From Lytechinus pictus (taxonomy: Eukaryota): a stretch of DNA of 64,000 nt. The notes beneath the pieces were generated by a model. The model was not told the origin of the DNA. It made no database searches and worked only from the letters and a program-made list of their open reading frames with translations. Location of the stretch: positions 6,512,001-6,576,000 of the forward strand of contig NC_087246.1 in NCBI RefSeq assembly GCF_037042905.1. Direction: 5' to 3'. This document shows positions 13,251-22,741 of the stretch, piece after piece. Numbering within the stretch: position 1 is the first letter of the stretch; the number at the start of each line of letters is the position of its first letter. Both the position numbers and the translations under genes were made by a program.

Positions 13251-14206
13251 ATATAATATACACATAATGAATGTTTATGAGTGCAATGGACAGAATACTT
13301 CATGAGGTGAAAGATGAAATGATCCATTCAACGAGGCGTAGCCGAGTTGAATGGATCATTATTTCATCTTTCACCGAATGAAGTATTCTGTCCATTGCAC
13401 GAATGAAAAAAACATTCATTATTTGGTTTATATGACACATAAAAATTGATTTTTTTTTTTCATGTGAAATTTATGAATTTCGATGCAAAACTTGCTCATG
13501 CAGTGCGAGTTCGGTCTGTTGATTGTTACGTCATTACAACATGCGTTTTTATTTGTCTATGAGCTGTCTCGGTGTGCGCGTGCAATGGACAAAATCGTAT
13601 GGATCCAAAATTGCACGATGAATGGATACAAAATTGCACGGTTGATGACGTCATTGCAAAATGGGCTGAATGAACGATATCAAACAACCAATCAAATCGC
13701 AAGGATCTATCTAGGTGTCATATAATATACAAATAATGAATGTTTATGAGTGCAATGGACAGAGTACTTTATGAGGTGAAAGATGAAATGATCCATTCAA
13801 CTCGGCTACGCCTCGTTGAATGGATCATTATTTTATCTTTCACCGAATGAAGTATTCTGTCCATTGCACGAATGAAAAAACATTAATTATTTGGTTTAAA
13901 TGACACCTAAAAATTGATTTTTTTTTTTGTTCATATGAAATTTATGAATTTCGAAGCATGAAAACATGCTCATGCAGTGCGAGTTCGGTCTGTTGATTGT
14001 TACGTCATTATAACATGCGCACTGCTGGTGCCTGCCTGCAGCTGCAGTCTCGGTGCGCGCGTGTAATGGACAAAATCGTATGGATCCAAAATTGCACGAT
14101 GAATGGATCCAAAATTGCACGGTTGATGACATCATTGCAAAATGGGCTGAATGAACGGTATCAAATAACCAATCAAATCACAAGGATCTATCTAGGTGTC
14201 ATATAC
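13251..14206. mobile_element. Head-to-tail dimer of a ~470-bp long-hairpin non-autonomous element (family A, possibly Crypton-like)
   Basis: Two highly similar units (about 13251-13725 and 13720-14206). Each has a ~155-bp imperfect hairpin and an end ggtgtcatata that is inverted relative to the internal atgacac site. Confidence 0.75.
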
Positions 14207-15656
14207 ATGATAATATTGTATGTAGTTTTTAATGTTATTTTAATATCTCATGTTTATTTTTACCTTTCCTAGTAGCTCATGTGCATGAATGCGCATGTGC
14301 GTGTGTGCTTTTGTGAACTTAGGTACATGCCGTATATTAAGTTATTTCATTCTACCCTTCCTCACTCTCCACTCTTTAAGCTCTCCTGTCCTGTCTCCAC
14401 TTTCATCTTTTCAATATACCTCCTAGCTCTGTCGTTTTTCTTAATTCTATTCCTTAAACTTCTGCCCCCTATACTTTCTTCTCTCCTATTCTATTCGCTT
14501 ACAGTCATGATGTATATGTATTTATTCTTATGTATCTTTGCACTGTATATATATATATATATATATATATGTTTAATAAGTGATCTTTGTCTTACAAGCT
14601 GTGCTTTTTGATAGATCACCTCAGTTCTGTATTTTGATTATTGTTAATTTACTGTTACTTCATTGATGACATGTATAATTTTTTGTAGAATTGAAAATAA
14701 ACTTGAAACTTGAATTCATTTGAGAGGTGGGGATTTATTGCAAATATCTCTTTATGATTGAGTTATTAAAATAAGAAGAAACTAGAATTTATTTACATGT
14801 AATGCTTTTAGTTTGAAATTAAAGTACATTGTATTGCGAAATAATCGAAAACTTATTTTTTCCATATTACGAATCGTCACACTTAAAAACAGAATATAAC
14901 AGATCGCTCTTACCGCTATTCTATGTTGATATCCTAATACAGTATATATTTGCATGCATGTTAACACTAACGTTTTCACTGAGTTCATTCTCATTGAGAT
15001 GGGTCGATAATATACTTCAAAAACACATATTACAATCACTAAAAATATTTTAAGAGATATATTTCGTTTTGTGAGCCGATATGAAAAAAAATCATAAGTG
15101 AGATATGTACGTTAATAGCTTCATATCAAGTATAAAACTAACAAAAAAACAATACAAAGTTTGTATGAAATCCTTTAGATATGTTGCACACAAGTATTTT
15201 GGGGTATAATTCCCCAGAACATTATTTCTATTACTTTAATGATTGACACAATATATATTCAGAACATTCATGCTGCAAATTGATATGCATCGCAACACAT
15301 ACATGTCATCACACCATTTAACAAAAATCGGAATAAACATACATGTATTTATAAATCATTTTGTAATTCGTCTTAACTTCATGGTTTCGTTTTTTTTTTA
15401 TCTTTAAACAATCTTAATTCTAGCTAAACAAACGTGGTTTTTGTATTTGTTGAAACTGGTAAGGGTTGATTTAATGTTTATTTCATCAAGAATTTCGAAT
15501 AAAAATTAATTTGAGTAATTTCATTGGTAAGAATCATGTTTGGAGTAATATCTAATCATGTCTTCACGAAGTGGAGTTACAAGGTGAGATCCTTATCAAA
15601 TAATCTACAATGATTCAACAATTTCAGTGTGTCTTTATTCCAATGTTTCTAATGGA

Positions 15657-16823
15657 TTACTGTAATAGCCACTTGAAGGAAACGTTTGCTTCTTTCATGA
15701 ATTCCATAGAATATGGACGGTAATAATCATATAGCTTCTTTGATATAACTTCACGTATTTCAGGGTGAGGGCGCCCTTTTATTTTAGGATTCGCACACTT
15801 GTAGTTTGGTCTCTGGGGAACATTTGCACAGTAGAACCCTGTCTTTGGGTTTTGGATGAAATGTTTTCTCTCGAAAAATGGCGGAAGACCAAGAAATATT
15901 TCCGTTTGTATCATGATGGGAAGAGGATCCTGAACAAAGGCTTCGCCATCAAGAATAAGGATTCGGTCGCGTCCAAAATGCCTCAATGTCGTTCGAAATT
16001 TTTCAACGTATCTTCCTTTCACAACATAAGGAATGTCCTCATTGATTTGTCCTGTCCAATGGTTAATTACTGTGTTTTCAAACGATTGAACTTTTGTCCT
16101 CGCTGTACTTTTGGATAGTATGCCAGCTGTGTGGACATGATCAGAGACAGCACGAACGACCGGGTCACGGATTATCATGATCGTTTTAGCGTTACTATCC
16201 AGCAGATATTTTAACAATTCGAACGTACCGTTTGCCATGTTAATGGGCTTACCGATCATAGGAACCATTCTTGGGCTAGACCATTGCATCTGCTCTCGCC
16301 ATTTTCCAATATCATCAGCATTAAGGCATGTTCCTTGAGGAACACTTACTTCTCCTCGAATGACTACCATAGGATGAAGTGAAAGGTAGTGAGTTAGAGT
16401 CATCGTACCACATTTCTTAATCCCTATTACCATGGCTTTTGGAAGGCGCTTCTCGCATCCATGACGTTTCAAAACTTCTAATGGCAGAACCCTTGCTCCT
16501 TCAGATGAATAAGCGTAACAGTCACCGTAAAATATCCTTGATGGTTTTATTTTAGTTCTAGACTTAGGCCTGTACCTCTGGCTTTTCTTGCGGATATTCT
16601 TTATTACTGATGGATGTCTAACGTATAATTTCTTAGGCTCCGTTTTATTTCTTCCCCTTTCCTGCCATAATGGACTATCTCCTACGTTTCTCTGACCCAG
16701 TTCCCCTTCGCTAGTTTTCTTTGACACGATATGAGTTGGAGGAAACAAGTAAAGTGCTACCACAAGTACCATGATGACAATTATAGCGATTTTGTGATTT
16801 TTCCTGAAAGTATCTCGTAGCAT
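15657..16823 (-). CDS. Heparan sulfate glucosamine 3-O-sulfotransferase-like (HS3ST family), 388 aa type II membrane protein
   Basis: N-terminal TM (IAIIVIMVLVVALYLF), then KRLPKAMVIGIKKCGT (5'-PSB), IRDPVVRAVSD (3'-PB), ILILDGE, KTGFYC and KGRPHP. A splice acceptor cctttcctctacag| at 16862/16861 indicates a 5'UTR intron. Confidence 0.92.
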   Translation of the reverse strand: MLRDTFRKNHKIAIIVIMVLVVALYLFPPTHIVSKKTSEGELGQRNVGDSPLWQERGRNKTEPKKLYVRHPSVIKNIRKKSQRYRPKSRTKIKPSRIFYGDCYAYSSEGARVLPLEVLKRHGCEKRLPKAMVIGIKKCGTMTLTHYLSLHPMVVIRGEVSVPQGTCLNADDIGKWREQMQWSSPRMVPMIGKPINMANGTFELLKYLLDSNAKTIMIIRDPVVRAVSDHVHTAGILSKSTARTKVQSFENTVINHWTGQINEDIPYVVKGRYVEKFRTTLRHFGRDRILILDGEAFVQDPLPIMIQTEIFLGLPPFFERKHFIQNPKTGFYCANVPQRPNYKCANPKIKGRPHPEIREVISKKLYDYYRPYSMEFMKEANVSFKWLLQ

Positions 16824-16935
16824 ATTTCCTAATGAACTTGTTCGCTGTCTACCACAGAAGCCTGTAGAGGAAAGGATAGGAAAATATAAGTATATAAGTA
16901 TATAGTATTCAGTAGAAGTAGTACAAATTAAGGTG

Positions 16936-16936
<1 letters not shown>

Positions 16937-16973
<37 letters not shown>

Positions 16974-17147
16974 ATAGTAGTAGTAAAAGTAGTAGTAGTA
17001 GCAGCAGTAGAAGTAGTAGAAGAAGTAGTAGTAATAGCATCAGCAGCAGTAGTAGTTGAGGTAGAAGTAGTAGTAGAAGTAGTAGTAGTAGTACTTGTAC
17101 TAGTAGTAATAGTAGTACTAGTAGTAATAGTAGTACTATAAGTACTA

Positions 17148-17183
<36 letters not shown>

Positions 17184-17212
17184 GTAGTAGTAGTAGTAGT
17201 TCTACTAGTAGC

Positions 17213-17268
<56 letters not shown>

Positions 17269-17299
17269 CACTACTCCTACGACTACTACTACTACTACT
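16937..17299. repeat. Long imperfect (TAG)n microsatellite ending in a short inverted (CTA)n tract; ATA/ATG low complexity follows to about 17590
   Basis: Directly visible. Confidence 0.95.
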
Positions 17300-20149
17300 A
17301 TAATACTTGTTCTTATAATCTGATGGTGATACTTTAGCCAATGATGATGATGATAATAATAATAATAATAATTATATATAATAATGATAATGATAATACT
17401 GATACTACTACTCCTATTATTACTCCTACTTCTAATGATGATAATGATAATAATGATTATTATTATTATAATGTTAATAAAAACAATGATAATAATGACG
17501 ATAATAACATTAAAAATAATAAATATAGGCCTACAATGATAATACTAATAATAGTATTTCTGATTGTTATAATATTATCATTAATGATAATGGAAATTTT
17601 GATAATATGTAGTTTTATAAATGGCAGCCCCCCCCCCCCTCCCTCTCTTCCTCCGAAGCTATTTTTCTTTATTGCGCTACAAAAACTGGTCTGTAATGTA
17701 AAAAATTGGTTTTTTTTTACTCGAAAGTTACGCTTCCTCGCTGGCAAAGGAAAAATCACAATCACTGCAAGCGTCCCTCTGTTAAAAAAAGAGTAAAATT
17801 TCCCACTCGGAATTGATAAAACTTACTTTCCAGCTATGCATTCCAAATATGCATTGTATTATGGTCGTGAAAAGAAATCGGCACCGGGAAGCCGGCCGTT
17901 GAGGCAAATGTACCCTTGTTATCAATTAAGACATTTGTCCTGCATTTGCCTCCTACCTACTACCCAACGCTCCTACTAACCTCTTTCGTCCATCTTCAAC
18001 TTGAGTCTATCCTTATCTCGGTAAGAATTATGACACAGATGGTTATTCCATTGTTTAGGCACACTTAATACTATTCAGATGCAAAACATAGTCCAATGCA
18101 CAAGAGGGGAAAAAAGACAGGGAACAAATAGGAGAAAGTGAACAGATCTGTACCAGCCACAGCATCGTTATCTCGAAGATAGGCAAGTTACATAGTGGTC
18201 TCGCAAGACTGTCCTGGTTTGGTTGGTAAATATAGATCTTTGTTGCGTGCAGAGCTAGGCTTTCAAATGCAAACAAGAATCCGTTTTTACCAATGGAAAC
18301 TAACAAAGCGAATCTGTATAGCAACAAACAGGGAATTAAGATTTGTGTTGACGATAAACCTTCAATATGAGAGTCTTCTCGGGCAGCACTAAGCCAAATG
18401 ATATTTCGAGGGCGAGAAGGGATTGGGGTGTTCTATGCAAGAGCGAATTTATTCTCCAAAGATAGTAAGACTATCAGACTCTAGTTTAGGCACAGATGTA
18501 TTTGTTAGAATGGCGCCACCTGTAGATATTTCATTATTGATCAAGTTTGACATGATCAACGTTTGTTCATGGCTGATAAAACGTTCCCCATAGACTTGTG
18601 TGTTAAAATTACACTTTTGAAAAATTCCTAAACAATAAACGTGAAATTAGAGGGTCGAATGTTTACTACCATTGGATAGGATACATATCTGACATTCTAT
18701 ATCTGACCAGAGAAGGGTATCATAGCCAGCTCATTTTAAAAATAAATCGCCATTTATGAAGATAACTATGATCGGATCAAATTTATCAACTGAATAAGTA
18801 AAATAGCCATAATCCTTCCGTCAGTCAAAAAATAGTTCCAAAGTCATTGATAAAGTCTGTTATCCGTTCCTTCTGTGTCGTTTTCCCTTATTTATTCATT
18901 GAATGGAAAAGCTGTTATACCATTGCTAAATCTCTGATGCGGATTTATTTCACTTCGGTCTCACTAAAGCAAAATCTCTTTTACGATTGAAAGTAAAAAT
19001 AGGCAGTGCATTTCATTCAGGAGCAACCAAGACGTGTTATTTTCGAAGGCCATAAATAGAGAGATAATGCAGAACTTCATACAAGGTCATGAAACTGCGC
19101 TTCGCTATTTCAGACAAAGTCAAGTATTTGTTTCAAACCGCTAGTCATGAAAAGTAAATCGATAAGAAGGAAGCGGTACGCGGGACACTATCCCAAATAC
19201 GAGAAAAGGGTACTTCTTTGATGAAAGAAAATGAACTTGAATTTACTTCTGTGGTAAAAGTAAAGAAATGTAGTTAAGTTATTAAATGGGTAAACCTTGA
19301 TGCTCTTGATCAAATTCCAATGCGGCAATATATTATGTAATACCCACTGTGAGTCCTTCGCACTTGAAAGAAAATGACTGCCATTCCTATTCATTTTAAA
19401 CTGCAATAACACAAAGACTTGTTATCTGCATGAGCATCTAAAAGCATTGTGAATTTGCCATACACTTTTTCAAACCAACTACTTTCTCATTATTTGACTG
19501 AGTATTTTGAAGTACATATTTTTAGTTATTCAAAATGACTTTGTATATTATAAAAAAGATTCTGGAGAATTATGTTCTCAATATTATGAAGACTTCTGTT
19601 ATGTTTTGAGTATTATTTGAAAATTAATAGAAATAAGTATACTTAAATATTGAAGAAAGAAAATGTACATAAAAACGTGTACAAGGAAAAGAAACAGAAA
19701 GAGTATGGTTTGGAGATTTAGAAAAAAGGGATAAATTAAAGAAAATACATGAGATGCGTAGTGTCAATCTAAAATTTACAAAAGCCATAAAAAAGAAAAT
19801 AGACCGACTTCAGGGCATTTGATATTGGCTGAGCAAACGTCAAATATTATGATTGATAATTTAACACAATGAATTCAGACCCGTATAAGGTTATTGTGAT
19901 ACCAGGTAAAATGTATTTTTGTCTTTAAATGTCATAACAACGATAGCTGCCGATACGTTAACAAATTGTGAAATCATCTTTTTGTTATCTCTCCATATTT
20001 AACAAATTAGCAGCCGTTGATGGAGGAACATTGATGGTAAACCATCCAGAGATGCCATTATCTAATACGTCATAATCATTGTATTGACATAATAAAACTA
20101 CAGGGAATATATTAACGTCTATTACATTAATCCCGTGTGCTCTTTACTA

Positions 20150-20625
20150 ATATACATAGTAGCACTCATGGAGAACGAAACTTGATGCGTCATTCGCGTG
20201 CGTTAGCAAAGATAGCTGATTGTTCTTTCGTCTAGTAGTCAGTTGCTTACTTGCTGGCCTCAGAGCGAGGCTTATACTCTCGCTTTACGTCATGCTGTAC
20301 AAAGCCTTCCATGTACTCGCGAGACAGACGCCAAATCTTACATAGTTTGTGAGCGCTTAGTACGCCCAAAGTATGACAGTCCGCCGCGTTAAATGAAAGG
20401 GAGCAGACAAGTATAGAACATTTACCAGACTCTCTCATCGGTTGCGGAACGTCCATACTTTGACACCATACATCATCCTTCATCGTAAGTCTTACTTGAA
20501 GCTCCAAGCGACTAAGAAATTACTAGGGGAAGGACTTGTCAGTTCTAATATTCTGTTATTTACCTGGGTTGATTTTGGTGATTTAAGACTCCTATGCAGT
20601 TCACGGAATTTTCGGTCGGAATAAA
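20150..20625. promoter_or_regulatory. Candidate shared promoter / first-exon region between the divergent HS3ST-like and ABHD15-like genes
   Basis: Locally CpG-richer, with a + donor gtaagt at 20485 and - donors near 20250, 20495 and 20563. Inference. Confidence 0.35.
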
Positions 20626-21268
20626 TGAACCCTCCCCAAGTCATCTCTCGCTGGACACAGGGATTAGATTTTAATATTTAAAATAAATTTCGTCAGATAT
20701 CATTATTTTTTCACCAACATTACAGTATTAGGAAGATTATCATGATTAATGACATGCAAAATTTAACGTCAAGTTATCAATAGACATTTGCATCGAGATG
20801 AGCACCAAATGAGTTGTTCGCAGGTTAAGATGAATTTGAAAATCATCTACCCGATTAGCAGTCGTCGAATTCGCATCTTCATTGCCTAGAAACTGTTCCT
20901 TGTGATTACATAATGTCTACTGCAACTACAAAAGACGTTTCTACTTGTTCTGAAAAAAAAAGGATTATCATAAGAAGCAATAATTCAAAACGGTGCAAGA
21001 CGGGTGAAAACTGACGTTTGAAACATGTTTTAATGCCATCTTATGTTCATTAACACACGTTTTTTTCTCGTTTTTACTTGTAATGTAGTTTCTTCATTAG
21101 TTGTAGCGTTGGATACTTTGCTCCGGATCATATTGCACAGTAATCGACATCAGTAAACTTTGTGGTAAAGGATATTTGACATTATTTTCGATGTGATGAA
21201 GTAAATGTTCTAACAACAGGAGCGATTTGAATCGGCGCTTTCTCAAGGTTATTGGTACGTCGTGTCCG

Positions 21269-22741
21269 ATGCGAGCGAGCTGGAAATCATTGATCCAGAT
21301 GCTTGCAGTAGTCGGAGCAGCTGCGGAGTACTACACGGCTCTCGTCGGCTTCATAATGAGTTTTGTTTACTACGGAGCCGCAACGATACCAACAGAACTC
21401 ACCTTATCCCAGATCGATCCCTTATGCTCTGACCACCCTCATTGTAGAAACAGCCATCAGACTTGGTGCAGGCAAGTTACTATGCAGAGTGGCCCGAAGG
21501 AACCTAGTCCGGTCAGCAGCGGCTATGTCCAACGATCGATTATCACCCCTGTTATAGAGCGAGTAACCTTGGGTTGCACGCTTATGGTATTGTTTTTTCG
21601 ATGGTTCTGGAATTGGGGCTCGAGAGATAAACCGCAACCATCATTACCTCATCTCAATTTTCGTGCATCATCTCTTCTTAAGTATGTACTCAGATCATGT
21701 TACACCCTACGAGAGCCTTTTATCCCAACGACTTGGGCGTCTTTCGGTTACCTTCAAACCCTTCTAGGTGTGATCCTTTCGGATAGCACCATTAGGTATC
21801 GGAGAGAGGTTCTCCAAATGTCTGATGGTGGGATAGTAGCGTTGGATTGGGCTTGGAAGAATTCTTCTGTTTCAAAACGTAAAAGGAGGAAAACATTGTC
21901 CAAAGGGCTGATTGTAATCATACCGGATTTGGTTGCAGGATCTGGAAATGTATCGCGTCTCTGCTCGAGTGCATACAACAATGGTTACGAACCAGTCGTC
22001 TTTCATCGAAGAGGGACCAATGGTTTGCCTCTTAGTACTCCTAAATGCCAAAGCCTTGGAGATCCTTTAGATCTACGTGATGCACTGTGCTACCTCTCAT
22101 CAAGACTTCGTTCTGGGAGACGGATTAGTGCTATCGGTCTTGGATTCGGAGGGAGTCTGCTTTTGTCGTACCTAGGAAATTATGGTTCGTCTTCCAGACT
22201 GTCCGCGGCGGTTTGTTTATCACCCATCTATGACCTAGAGTCCACCATCCAGAAGAATCGACATAACTCTCTTTTGAAATGGTTCACTCTTCAATTACTC
22301 AAATTGAATTTTACGAATCATGTCAACACAATGCCAAAATTCTTCGATCTAGATGCTGCCTTTTCCTCGGGTACTTTAACACAATGGTTAGAGAATGTCG
22401 ATTGCCCTATGTATAAGATGAAAGACATGGTGGAATATTGGGAACATAACGAACCTTTACGTGAAGCTGATGAAATCGCTGTTCCACTTCTATGCATCAA
22501 CTCATTCGATGATCCCGTCGTTAAGAAGGAAGACATTCCAAATGAATTATTCTCTACGCTACCTAATTTGTTATTAATGACAACTGAAAGCGGTGGTCAT
22601 TGTGGGTTCCTGCAAGATTCTTTTAACCCAAAATCCTGGGCTCACACAGTTGCGATGGATTATATAGAAGCTGCATTACAGTTCACTGAAAACGTTACTA
22701 ATGAACGGAAAATTAGTGGCCGTATGCGTGTTGATTCCTGA
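21269..22741 (+). CDS. ABHD15: ABHD15-like alpha/beta hydrolase fold protein (490 aa from first ATG), single coding exon
   Basis: YLQT, RREVLQMSDGGIVALDW, VVFHRRG, GDPLDL, LLLSYLG..GSSS, YWEHNEPLREADEIAVPLLCINSFDDPV and GGHCGF match the ABHD1/2/3/15 family. The missing GxSxG serine and the EPLREADEIAVP block point to ABHD15. Confidence 0.9.
   Translation: MRASWKSLIQMLAVVGAAAEYYTALVGFIMSFVYYGAATIPTELTLSQIDPLCSDHPHCRNSHQTWCRQVTMQSGPKEPSPVSSGYVQRSIITPVIERVTLGCTLMVLFFRWFWNWGSRDKPQPSLPHLNFRASSLLKYVLRSCYTLREPFIPTTWASFGYLQTLLGVILSDSTIRYRREVLQMSDGGIVALDWAWKNSSVSKRKRRKTLSKGLIVIIPDLVAGSGNVSRLCSSAYNNGYEPVVFHRRGTNGLPLSTPKCQSLGDPLDLRDALCYLSSRLRSGRRISAIGLGFGGSLLLSYLGNYGSSSRLSAAVCLSPIYDLESTIQKNRHNSLLKWFTLQLLKLNFTNHVNTMPKFFDLDAAFSSGTLTQWLENVDCPMYKMKDMVEYWEHNEPLREADEIAVPLLCINSFDDPVVKKEDIPNELFSTLPNLLLMTTESGGHCGFLQDSFNPKSWAHTVAMDYIEAALQFTENVTNERKISGRMRVDS

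Noticed and set aside
16909..17796. Poly-Leu, poly-Thr and Asn/Ile-rich ORFs (also the poly-Val ORF at 1932-2186)
   Set aside because: These are translations of trinucleotide microsatellites.
21227..21268. TTG start for a 504-aa ABHD protein
   Set aside because: This is a eukaryotic gene, and the first in-frame ATG is at 21269.
15765..22536. Short antisense or alternative-frame ORFs overlapping the HS3ST-like and ABHD15-like CDSs
   Set aside because: They are shadow ORFs with no recognisable motifs.
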